In this document: one piece after another, positions 34,901 to 44,199 of the stretch
Layout of the letters: each line of letters opens with the position of its first letter
Numbering within the stretch: position 1 is the first letter of the stretch
DNA from: Ruditapes philippinarum
Lineage: Eukaryota
NCBI RefSeq assembly: GCF_026571515.1
Contig: NW_026864768.1
Coordinates: forward strand, 124,001 to 188,000
Direction: 5' to 3'
Length of the DNA: 64,000 nucleotides
Position numbers and translations under genes: made by a program
The notes under the pieces: model-generated
Databases searched by the model: none
Told to the model about the DNA's origin: nothing
The model's input: only the letters and a program-made list of their open reading frames with translations

Positions 34901-37900
34901 TAACTACATACTGGTCTATTGCCTTATCATGAGAGATTATACTGGATGTAATACATCTACAACTGTATTACAGATATGTTATATTAGTTTAAACGAATTT
35001 ATTAAGTTTGATTGTGTTGGAAGCTATTAGCTTATTGAAACACTCTCAAATTTGTTATTGAACCAACTGTACTAAGCAATGAGTGTAAAGTTTTCTTGCT
35101 CAACGAAGCAACGACTTGCCCCTAACTGGGTTTCAGTACAGTTGGTCAGCAATCCTTAGTATTCCGGCACGGTAACCACTTGGCCACGCCCCCACACAAT
35201 TAAGTTTGACTTTGTATATTTATATATTAATATTTATAGTTCCGCTGAGAAACAGTTAAAGAAGAAGCAGACGGCACAGAAGAGTACATCAGGGGGACCT
35301 ATAAAGTCACCAGAATCTACTGATTGTGATTTACCTGATCTAGATGAAACAGAGGTGCCAGGTATGATAGTTGTAACAATATTTATTAAAGCTTAGTTAT
35401 GAACAAAGCTACCTCTCTTAGGTGTTCTTTCTAGAACTAATCAGTACTGGTTTCTTATGAGGAGACTTGGTTGTGACCACAGCAGGGCTCAAACCTACAA
35501 CCATCTGTTGAAAGGAAAACACCATAACCATAGGATCACTACTTCCCTTTAATGTGTTTATATTGGCAGGCGTATTTCTAGCAATGAAATCTGGACTAGC
35601 CGTTAAAGCCTTAAGAAAATAGATATAATTTTATTTATTTTAATCTTAAAGCTTTATGCCATTGTGATCTGTGTGTAGAAACACAAAAAAGTAAATATCA
35701 AAAGATACTTAACAGCACATATTAACAGCACATATTGGCCTTGCCATAGTTATACAGTAGTTGGATAAATTTCTTTCATATGAAGTTAGCAGTGTCCATG
35801 ATATGATTGAAACTTATGACCATTAATTCTAATCATTAAGTGTGTGTGACTTTGTTACAGTTACCACAGCCCTTAATGAAATAAAAAATCCTGGTATTAG
35901 GTATTAAAAGATACTAAATGATTTTTAGAATGAAAATGTTATATGTTTTCAGTATTAGATAGTACATCAGAGAAGAAAAGAAGAACAGGCAGATCTACAG
36001 CTGCAAGATACGGACAGATCAACCCTTCAAAGAAAGATGGAAAAGATAATACAGGTTGGGGTTTTTTGAAATTAATGTTATCATTATACCAGAAGTTTGA
36101 ATGTCTTTATACATTTTGATATATTACAACTTTGTAATTATTCCACAAGCTTGTGACATTTGTTTTAGCCTTAAAAAGTGTCTACCTGACTAATGAGGAA
36201 TATTTTCATGCAATAGACATACTACTAAAACTAAAAAGAAATATTTAGAAGTAACACTTTCAATAATTTACCTAAGTATATACATGTATTGTGAACATGG
36301 TATTTGGCATCAATGATTGAGTGGAAGTGGAGTACAAAGTTTTGGTTGACTCTCCACACAGGTACCTGATGTTCCACAAGTAATTGTTAGCTTCTTCACT
36401 TGTTTCAAGAATGCACTAAGAAAAGTAATTTAAAGTTTATTTTAAGTTTAAATTTTTTAAGTAAATTTTTTCATCTACACAATAGCATATACATGTATGT
36501 CTAGCTGCTCTACCCAAGTTTAATGATAGGATATTTGATATAAGTTATAAATATATTTCATCTATTTACCGGTACTTAAGAGTATTATTTTGAATTATAA
36601 TATACATTATAATATTATAGAGGATAATGAAGACAGTTTTCATGGTCCATCAACTCGTGATTTCTACCAGGATGAGCAATCATGTTATATAATGGATGCC
36701 AAATCAATGGGAAATATTGGACGATACCTCAACGTAAGTAGAAATATATGTATGTGTGGTTAATATTGATGTCCTGGAATTTCTTTGCTCCTAAAATGGT
36801 TTAAATCTTTCTTGTTTCACACGAGGAACACATCTCACAGAATTATTGTTGGTAGTTCTACCCAGATGACCACATTTGCTTGAAATGAAGAAAAAAGTGA
36901 CTACTGTAAAGCCTCCCTTAATTCTAAAGTAGTGACTTAAAACAAAGTCAAATGTGTATTTGAAAGGCTAATGCTCATCTCTAAAATAATTACATGTACT
37001 ACAAGATAGGGTACCTTAGGTCTTCCTCTACCAGCTTAGTTAAGAAAAGGTCATAATTAAAATTCATGTAGCAGAAAGCTGCATTAAGATATTTTATTAC
37101 TGTATAAATATCAAATGTTAAAATCTATATTAAAGTATATATTTCTCTGTATTCTTACAGCATAGCTGTTTTCCAAATGCGTTTGTACAGAATGTTTTTG
37201 CTGACACTCATGATCTCAGATTTCCTTGGATTGCATTTTTTGCAGGACAGTAAGTGCATCACTTTATTGCATTATAATTAAAACACTTTTCTACTCTATA
37301 TGAGCCGCATCACGACAAAACCAATGTAATCTGCGCAGTCTGATCAGGATCCATGCTGTTGCTATCAGTTTCTCTAATTGTAATAGAGTTGGTAAGCGAA
37401 CAGCATGGATCCTGATCAGACTGCACGGATGCGCAGGCTGGTCTGGATCCATGCTGGTCGAAAACGCACTATGTTGGTTTTGTCGACTCATATGATTTGA
37501 CCTTTACCCTATTGAACCTGTGTTATAGATTTCCTCTGCTTTGAATTTGGAACAGACCATTTGAAGTTTAATGGATTTTAATATCAAGATACAAAAATTG
37601 AGCTACAAAAAGTATAGACTTGTGCAATTGTTTCAAATCTATCTAATAGGTTGATGGTTCTAGTCTTATTCCCTCTCAAGCCAGAAATAATGGATACATC
37701 GACAGACACATAGAGTCCACAGAAGCTTAAAACTTGCCAAATGACCTTAAAGTAACAATGTGATTTAAAACCTGACATAAAAAACGTTAATGACAGGTCT
37801 GAAGTTTGTCTTTGGTGTTAGGCAGTGTTAGTTTTGCACAGATTTTCCTGAGAAAGGACATGTATTGTGTTTTTCATTTAAAAAAATACAAAAAATGAAT

Positions 37901-38302
37901 AGATTTATTTGTTTGTCAGTACTAGTCATGAAAAAATTGAAATCTTTCCTTCAGATAAGATCTTGTTTTGAATCACATGTTGTGCAAAAAATCTCATGCA
38001 TTTATTATTTTGTTATCTTAAAATCTATGGTTATATATTAAGTTTTTAATTCAGTAAAAAAATTGTGTCCTGTATCTTCATTTTGAATCTTTTACAATCA
38101 ATTACTTTGTAGATGGTCTTAGTTTCATTGCTCATTATGAAAGTGAGGAAGAATAAAACATACTAAGTCTTGTTTGTGTTTTAGGTATATAAGTGCAGGC
38201 TCAGAACTAACATGGGACTACAACTATGAAGTTGGCAGTGTGCCAGGGAAGGTTTTATACTGCTACTGTGGCTCAGCAGACTGTAGGGGCAGATTACTCT
38301 AG
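7956..38302 (+). CDS. SETDB1: Histone-lysine N-methyltransferase SETDB1/eggless (H3K9), 30 coding exons, about 1180 aa
   Basis: Exons joined by hand, all GT-AG and phase-consistent: 7956-8121, 8825-8918, 9632-9802, 10464-10560, 14775-14924, 16300-16442, 19583-19685, 20260-20374, 20672-20753, 21364-21437, 21684-21757, 22800-22979, 23547-23658, 23981-24145, 24630-24743, 28871-28939, 29376-29481, 30157-30340, 30862-31047, 31440-31561, 31763-31867, 32297-32441, 33224-33351, 33908-33973, 34507-34554, 35240-35361, 35953-36054, 36621-36733, 37161-37249, 38185-38302 (3543 nt, TAG stop). Diagnostic motifs: [104 protein letters not shown]. The low-complexity N-terminal exons (especially 14775-14924) are less certain than the domain exons. 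Confidence 0.95.
9317..9623 (+). mobile_element. Degenerate single-unit HINE related to family A
   Basis: Starts TTAGCTTGACT...GCTTATGTACTCACCC and ends TCAAGCACACTGTTCTACAGACAGCTCTTGTT (compare GTCGAGCGCGCTGTCTTACGGACAGCTCTTGTT). Confidence 0.7.
10022..10270 (+). mobile_element. Short HINE-like element
   Basis: TTTTT|ATGCCTCCTTTGAAGAAGAGGGGGTAT 5' inverted repeat, (TCTG)n/TCCG microsatellite, 3' GGGGGCATATGTGTTGTTCGACATTTCTTGTT. Confidence 0.7.
11270..11810. repeat. Degenerate ~43-bp tandem repeat (TTACAATTTACAGCCTCGTACCATAGATACAATG...) interrupted by a SINE
   Basis: CATAGATACA recurs at about 43-bp spacing on both sides of 11423-11629. Confidence 0.75.
11423..11629 (+). mobile_element. 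tRNA-derived SINE with 13-bp target-site duplication
   Basis: A-box-like GTGGTCGACGGGGTTAAG and B-box-like GGGTTTTATCCC head, ATGACTGAAATACTGTTG...(AAAC)n tail, flanking direct repeat ACAGCCTCATATC at 11410-11422 and 11630-11642. Confidence 0.75.
12704..13356 (+). mobile_element. Degenerate HINE-like element (AAGGTCA core-repeat type)
   Basis: TTTATGCCC... start, TGTCCGTCC microsatellite, repeated TTGATTTT.AGGTCA...AAGGTCAC cores, 3' GGGGCATAGTGTTCAGTGGAAACATTTCTAG. Confidence 0.6.
13665..14480. repeat. 41-42-bp minisatellite, about 19 units, with a ~126-bp three-unit higher-order repeat
   Basis: Unit GCAATTTCTTCCCTCAGTCTGAGTGGTTAGTGCTGCAGATTT. Variants (...CCCTTAG...GTAAGTGCTGCGG / ...GCTGCAG / TTTTCATCCC...GCTACAG) recur in a fixed order. 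No unique spacers. Confidence 0.92.
14551..14710 (+). mobile_element. 5'-truncated SINE fragment (family shared with 19730, 30694, 33587, 42870)
   Basis: GCCTGAAATAACGCTTAGAGGGCACCTAAGGTCTTCTCCCACCA matches 19871-19915. Confidence 0.6.
16631..17509 (-). CDS. Intronless NHL-repeat / six-bladed beta-propeller protein (TRIM-NHL-like C-terminal domain, no RING or B-box), 292 aa, nested antisense in SETDB1 intron 6
   Basis: 879-nt uninterrupted ORF in AT-rich DNA, ATG in CAAAC-ATG context, in-frame TAG at 17528-17530 upstream. Blade-like repeats: [72 protein letters not shown]...DNIQVYRVH. Confidence 0.8.
   Translation of the reverse strand: MNEQWESLQEADSQNQVAFQEGNTQEKTMLVGEYDIKMREDTLQCFVKDICVLDNDKIVIADSSNNKLKLLDAEFKITGSCRIQGQPGAMCKTGSSEVSCLVCSLTGSQFFLQFISLSETSLVPINSFIVEKDKFHVGGICYLQDHLFILCSSQEIKVYNKKGSVLRHIFCPDLKGSTVMANIWTDGYDLIVTDGNKRVFTLDTDGNRKAKITDKKFQGIYGLSRKSCGQIFVTSYYSHSIVTMDTRGKNKQEILGNTDGIKHPQAVAYVENSVCIIVGSYGTDNIQVYRVH
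19730..19975 (+). mobile_element. tRNA-derived SINE
   Basis: GCTGACTTTTAACCACTTGTCCCTCACCACTGTGAGTCGAAC head and GATTCTTTCATGT..CCAGCTAGCTTAAGG...GTGCCTGAAATAATGCA..GGGACACCTGAGGTCTTCCT body shared with other copies in the window. Confidence 0.7.
22352..22628 (+). mobile_element. Degenerate SINE-like element
   Basis: GTGGCTGAGGGGTT head, CATATAACTTAGACTATGTTGGTGATGCAATAAAACCAAAA tail and A-rich end. Confidence 0.4.
25010..25081. repeat. 72-bp imperfect palindrome/hairpin in SETDB1 intron 15
   Basis: TCACCTTAGTGCAGTAA ... TTATTGCACTAAGGTGA, with further partial pairing towards the centre. Confidence 0.7.
26324..27455 (+). mobile_element. HINE/pearl-like element, family A copy 2 (SETDB1 intron 15)
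   Basis: Nearly identical to 2353-3436 with the same termini, a longer GGCGTC/AGCGTT microsatellite and six core units. Confidence 0.88.
28557..28784 (+). mobile_element. tRNA-derived SINE (CORE-like central motif) with 13-bp target-site duplication
   Basis: GTGGCTGAGTGGTTAA A-box, GGTTCAAAC B-box, CCTTGAGCAAGAAACTTTAC core-like motif, (AAACT)n tail. Flanks AAAGGATGTTGCT (28543-28555) and AAAGGGTGTTGCT (28785-28797). Confidence 0.75.
29376..30340 (+). other. SETDB1: SETDB1 MBD-encoding exons (17-18)
   Basis: [46 protein letters not shown]...SIDNFCCD is the SETDB1-type methyl-CpG-binding-domain pattern. Confidence 0.92.
30334..30500 (+). repeat. 45-bp tandem repeat (about 3.7 copies) spanning the exon 18 donor site
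   Basis: Unit TGTCAAGGTCAGAACTTCGTACTCTTACCTTTATTATTATCACTT. The first copy includes the last exon bases and the GT donor. Confidence 0.92.
33587..33765 (+). mobile_element. tRNA-derived SINE (same family as 19730)
   Basis: GGGCATCCATGGTCAATTGGTTAAGGTCTTTGACTTC...GGATTCTTTCATGTGAGGAAGCTATCCAGCTAGCTTAAGGAACGTCAGTGGTTCTAC. Confidence 0.7.
34985..35192 (-). mobile_element. Inverted copy of the 28557-28784 SINE family
   Basis: The reverse complement matches the CAATAAGCT..AGCTTCCAACACAATCAAAC, GAGCAAGAAAACTTTAC and GTGGCCAAGTGGTTA segments. Confidence 0.7.
37301..37490. mobile_element. MITE with terminal and internal inverted repeats (TGAGCCG...CTCA family)
   Basis: TA|TGAGCCGCATCACGACAAAACCAA ... 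TTGGTTTTGTCGACTCA|TA, with internal CAGTCTGATCAGGATCCATGCTGTT / AACAGCATGGATCCTGATCAGACTG. A second copy lies at 44046-44199. Confidence 0.8.
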
Positions 38303-39892
38303 TTACATGTAGTAGATAAGTTGATAAAGGGGCAATCACTCTGTGGACTGTCATTTTAAGATGAGGTGTAAAAAGAAAGTTTTTTGTTGTTACACATAGG
38401 GGCAGTGTTTGAAAAAGATAAATAATCAAGATGTCATCCAAAAATGAGAAGAAGAAAAAGACATGTATCAGCCTGAAAAATATAAAGACGGGGAAGAAGT
38501 TCAGTGTATTGGAAACTTGATTGAAATAACCTTTGCTTGCATGAATAAAGTGGAGAGAACCGTAACTTGCATGAATGAAGAGGAGAGAATTTTACACTAA
38601 AGTTGATTAGAATATAATGGGTTAAGAATTTATTTATTAATTGAAGGTTACTATAATGGAAAATGGTTTGTTGACATGTTAGGTTGAGAGGAAAAAGAGA
38701 TCCTATATCCTGAATATGAACAAGGGCAAAAAGTGTTTTACAATTTACATAAGATTAAAATAAAAACAAATGGAAAGAAAAGCTTATTAATTAAACTTTT
38801 ATATGAAGATTAAAAAAGAAGAATTATAGAAATCTATTTATTTTCACTTAGTGTAGAGGTGAGCTTTTTGTAGTCATGTGATGTCAGATGCATATTGTTA
38901 TCCATTTCTGAAAAAAGAAAATCTTTGCCTTATTCAAACTTCGTAGGATTGATCCTAATTATGCTTTCTGTACATGAATGATTAGCATAAATATTTGACT
39001 TGAATTCTACAAGAGTTACATAAATCATGTCTTTGTAGTCTAATTCAGTCGTGAATACAAAAACTTGTATAGAAAAATAACTTTGAAAGTCCTTCTTTAG
39101 ATCCAATAAGGCTAACATCTTAGCAATTCAATGTTACATTGCTTCAAACTTCTTCAGGAGTTTTATAAATCAGGCAACTCTTGCTTGTTTTGCATTTAAG
39201 TTAACACAAAAGACACCAAAACCTTCTTTTCTGAAATTTTAATGACCATGATATATGGTATCATTTCAATGTTGACTTCACCAAAACTTACAAACATCAT
39301 GTTTCTTGGGTGAACGATCAGACCATGTTTTGTACTTGAGATGTAGCATATTTGTATAGAACTTGAATGTTGTATATTATTGTGTATTGCCTATTCCATG
39401 TCTGCAGGGATGTCGTATAGGATCTTCAGTTTTGTGAAACATTGATAGCTAAAATTTATTGAAAGAAGTACTGCAATCGTCATTTGTGCAATTTTTTGTG
39501 TGTATTAAAACTAAGCAAAATATATGAAATCACGGATATTTATTACAGTTATAAACAGTAGATGATACCAATACTGCTTCCAAGATTAATTTTGTATATC
39601 GTATTTACATCTGATATGTTTACTAAGTCAAAACAAGCTGTGAGTAAAGTTTGTCATTCTTACATCAGAGTTGTTTTTATTTTAAAGTCATTCCACAAGA
39701 GATTAAATTTCTCATATTGAATTGTGGAAAGTAATTAAAAAGCATGAAGAATATAATTATGGTGCTCTTTCCTCCATCCATTATCCACAATCATTATTTC
39801 TTCACTAAAATCACTAGGCCACATTTAAACAAATTTGCGTGGGATGTTCTGTGTATAAAGCTAAAGAAAAAAAGATTTTAGAAGTGATTTTT

Positions 39893-41165
39893 AGCTTCCC
39901 AACTTTTTTGAAGGAAAATTTTGAGCTATTGCTAGTCGGGTTGTCATTCCTGTTGCAGTCCAAAAACGGTGGCCATTTTTATGCTTGCCGAAAAATTTCG
40001 GGGGAGCATATAGTCGGCGCCTTGTCTGTCTGTCCATCCATTGTCTTGTCCGGAAGATAACTTGAAAACCCTTGGAGATAATTTGTTGAAACTTCATACA
40101 GTGGTAGATGGCATTGAGGGGGAGTGCAGTGTCAAAGAACCATAACTCTATTTTGCCCGGTTTGAAAATCTTGTCCGGGGCATGACTCTAAAACTATAAG
40201 AGACATCAGCATGAAACTTTGTAGGTGAATAGATCTCAATGGGTAGATATGCAGTGCATAAGAACAATAACTCTTTTTGTCCTAATTTTGGATTTATTGC
40301 CCTTTGGTAATTTTAACACTTTGAACTTTGTCCGGAACATAACTCTAAAACTATAAGAGATAACAAGATGAAACATTGTAGGTAGAAAGATTTAATTGAG
40401 TAGAGGTGCAGTGCGAAAGAACCATAGTTCTGTTAAGCCTCATTTTTGAATTATCTCCCCTTTTAGAAAAATCTTGTCCAGGACATAGCTGTAAAACTAC
40501 AAGAGATATCAACATGAAACTTTGTAGATAGATATACATGTATCTCAATGGGTAGATGTGCAGTGCACAAGAATCATAACTCTGCCTTGCCTAATTCTGG
40601 AGTTATTGCCCTTTGTTTATTTTTACTTTTTGAAGTTGTCAGGGACATAACTCGGAACTCATAAGAGATATCATCGAGAAACTTTGTAGGTTGATAGATC
40701 ACATTGATTAGAAGTTCAGTGCAAAGAACAGTAACTCTGCCTTGCCTAATTTTGGAATTATTGAACTTTTTCCAGGGACATAACTCTGAAACTACAAGAG
40801 GTGTACTTTCTTGTGTCCAAAACCTATTCGGGGAGCATCACCCGGCTCAAACCGGGCTCTTGTTTTTTGTTTCTTGCCAATGGATTGTCCTCTTTCTTTG
40901 GTCCCAACAACCCTTCAAGAAGACCAGAGTTAACTTTGATCTTGACTCACAAATGACCTTGACATTAAAGGTAAAATGTTTAAATTTTGGATAACTTGCT
41001 ATAATTGGTTATAATTTTGTTATGAATGGATGGTTCTCGTACTTCGATACAACAATTCTTTGGACTAGACCTTCAAGTAGACCAAGTTGATTATGATCTT
41101 ACTCATCAATAACAGACAGACCACCCCATCACAGTATTTAGTTGGGCAATCAAAACTAAGCTTTT
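39893..41165 (+). mobile_element. Older HINE-like element hosting the 39981-40864 insertion
   Basis: TTTTT|AGCTTCCCAACTTTTTTGAAGGAAAATTTTGAGCT start. Sequence resumes after 40864 with GACCTT/ACCAAGTT cores and ends near AGTTGGG (about 41140), complementary to CCCAACT. Confidence 0.5.
39981..40864 (+). mobile_element. HINE/pearl-like element, family C, about 6 alternating ~150-bp core units
   Basis: TTTTT|ATGCTTGCCGAAAAATTTCGGGGGAGCAT 5' inverted repeat, TCTG/TCCA microsatellite, CATAACTC cores, 3' TTCGGGGAGCAT plus hairpin CCCGGCTCAAACCGGG and CTTGTT end. Confidence 0.82.
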
Positions 41166-42869
41166 TGAAATAATTCAAAACAAGACTGATTGCTTTTAAA
41201 GTTTATTTCATCAATCAATAATGTAAATTATTTACAAAGCATAAAACATATGTCTGGATTTCAACAAAGATAACAGAATTTTACTAAATTGTGTCTGTCT
41301 AGCATAATACATACTTAACATACCGGTACATGTGTATTACTTGCTGTATGTATTCAATATGTAAGACAATCTATACCCAACACAAGTACATGTACCAGTA
41401 TTTGCTATATATGACAATCATATGTTCTACAAAATACAAGTGTAATTATTACAAATTTCAGATGTCTATTCAAAATTTTGTATATTGCAATAATTAATTA
41501 AAGGGAAGACACTTCATGGCAAGATATCAAATATATCATCATATGGTAAAACATAATTACTTGTATGGTGCTGATAACCAGATAATACAGAAACAGATCA
41601 CCCTGTAGTTATTTCAAGGGGGTTGTTAAAATTTCCAAATTAGTTAAAAATCAGACAAAGTTTTGTTTTTTAATCAATTTTTTAATCCATCTTTAAACGG
41701 AGCACCTGCTCATTTGTTTATGCTTAATTGTCTAGTGCTTACAAAAAACGAGATTATTATAAAAATGAGTAACAAACGGGGTAAATTACTTTTATATCTC
41801 AAAATATGTCACTTTTGACTTGAGTATCTGTTCAATGATTATTTATTTATATCAATTGTATGTCATCTTCAATACAAAATTTGTCTGCGTAAGATTCAGA
41901 ACAGTATAAATATGGAGGCAGAATCTAAACAACAAAGTACATGAACAATTGATTAAAAGAAATAAAAAGACTTAACTGTTAGTTTTATTTTAAGATAATA
42001 ATCTTTTTTAATATTCATCATCATTGTAATAATCATCAAAAGGTCATATTAAAATGTTGTTATCATCAGTATCAGTGAATTCACTTATCAACAAACAAAT
42101 GGTCTTCTATATGAATTGATGATTTAAATGTGGAGGATTATATCAGCTTATAACAGCAAGCAACTTGGACAGATTTTATATTTAAAAATAAATTTATCAC
42201 AAAATCCTTCAAAATACATAGAAGTTTCAATGTTATATAAAATTAAGACACATAAATAATCAAAATAGAATACTATATATACTATAACACTAGAATACAC
42301 TACTTTTCAAATAACTTGAATTATAGCAAAAATCTTGATTTTTATACAATTTGCAAAATCAAAATGTCAAATTTAAGCTTTTCTTACAACTAATTATTCA
42401 CGGAGTGTGATTACTTTAAATAAATATAGTAGGGTTGTTTACATAAGTAGTGAAATTTTAAACATGTTACACTATTTTGAAAAATTTTTCATTAATAACG
42501 AAATATAAAAATTATAACATCCATATGAATAAATTGTAAAAAATAAGGACCTTATGATGTTGTGTCTGTATGACTCATATGAATGAATATTATATAGAGA
42601 TGGTCCTTATTTCGGGGTTTTAAATACTATTTATAACATGTAAATTTATATCATATATAGTAATTGCATGCTTACATCTCAGGTGGATTTTTTTTAATGT
42701 TACAAAAACATTTAATACTGCAATCCACCATGAATAATTTTCAAAATAAAATTGACCACTGTTATGAAATTTAAAAAAAATCTCTTTATAGTGAGATTCT
42801 GTATCTGGGAATCAGAAATAGATAAGATTCATATTTAAAAGTAACAATTTTTGTTTTGTATTGTTAAAA

Positions 42870-43040
42870 GTGACAACAGGTGGAGGAAGACCTCAGGTGC
42901 CCTATGTGCATTATTTCAGGGACACGAGGGCACCACAGTACAACCACAGATTTCCAAGAAAGAATCTGAAGATACTGACATATTTGCACTCACAACTGTG
43001 ATTTGGCAGCTGATTTAAAGTCCCCCAACACAAAATCAGC
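42870..43040 (-). mobile_element. Inverted degenerate SINE (19730 family)
   Basis: GGTGGAGGAAGACCTCAGGTGCCCTATGTGCATTATTTCAGG is the reverse complement of the family body. Confidence 0.65.
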
Positions 43041-44045
43041 CACTAGCAACATAAAATACATAGATTATAGAAATAAAATCAAATTTATTCCTACATTTCA
43101 ACTTAACAGCCTTTTTTGTAATTAAAATTCAAATTATTTTGACCGCTTAAAGACTTTTAACATAAACAATCAATAAGATTTAAGGTAAGAATTTGAGGCA
43201 AGAAAACTTGTACACAGAATTAAATGACCTAAATTTATAATTATACATGAAGGCACATCCATATAGCAAAAGTTTGAATTATTTGACAAAACTCACCATG
43301 TTTACTTCAAAATATACATACAATAATTTGTGCTTGCATATACTTTACTAAACATCTTTACTACTTTTCAAGATAACATTCTAATACTCTGAACAAAAAA
43401 ATCAACATTAAAAAGTACAGTAAGTACAATTTATAGAAATAAAGTGTTCTTTTCCTCCTGAGAATACACAAAAATGAAATTAGTGCCAACAAAATTTCTG
43501 ATTTTATTCATCAACTTCGTAGGAAACTCTTTTTAATGCTTTCTTGAAAACATAAAAAATATACTGATTTAAACATCATAAAAGTATCTTTAACACAGAG
43601 GAATTAAAAAAGAAATACTTGCAATAAAATTATTGAAAATTAAACACTTTATTTTAACTTTAGTGCAAGCTATATATCAAAGAAAATCCATGTTAAGAAG
43701 ATAACTGAAATCTTTTTATTGACAATAAACAATTCACATCAATAATAAGAATTATATAAATCACTGATCTCACAAAATAAGAAATTGTTGAGATAACATT
43801 ACCTATCTCTCCTATTGGCATAATAATATGGAACTACTTTAATCTCTAATGTTTCACACAATGATATAACAAGAAAACAAAATATACAACAACAAAAAAT
43901 TTAAAAACATTCAAATACAACCTTGTATTACATATTGGCACTAAGTGTTTAATCACATTTTAACATTTATGTTTCTTAAGTGTTTACATTCTTCATGAAG
44001 GTTGCACAGGCAATTAGCTCCAGTTTGTAGTTTATTATATGAAAC

Positions 44046-44199
44046 AGGATCCATGCTGTTCGCTGTCAGTTTCTCTACTTGTAATAGGGTTTGTAAGCGA
44101 ACAGCATGGATCCTGATCAGACTGCACGGATGCGCAAGCTGGTCTGGATCCATGATGGTCGCAAACCCACTATGTTGGTTTTGCGCATGGCGTGGCTCA
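44046..44199. mobile_element. Partial copy of the 37301-37490 MITE
   Basis: CAGGATCCATGCTGTTCGC...GCGAACAGCATGGATCCTGATCAGACTGCACGGATGCGCAAGCTGGTCTGGATCCATG...CTATGTTGGTTTT...GGCTCA. Confidence 0.8.

Larger units (their letters stand above)
30862..38302 (+). other. SETDB1: SETDB1 pre-SET, bifurcated SET and post-SET exon block (exons 19-30)
   Basis: [15 protein letters not shown]...CCDCEDNC...CRCQQLT...[21 protein letters not shown] (pre-SET). SET-N RGWG...YLAELDYIE, then an insert of roughly 170 aa, then [22 protein letters not shown]...ELTWDYNY and post-SET CxCGxxxCRGRLL. Confidence 0.95.
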
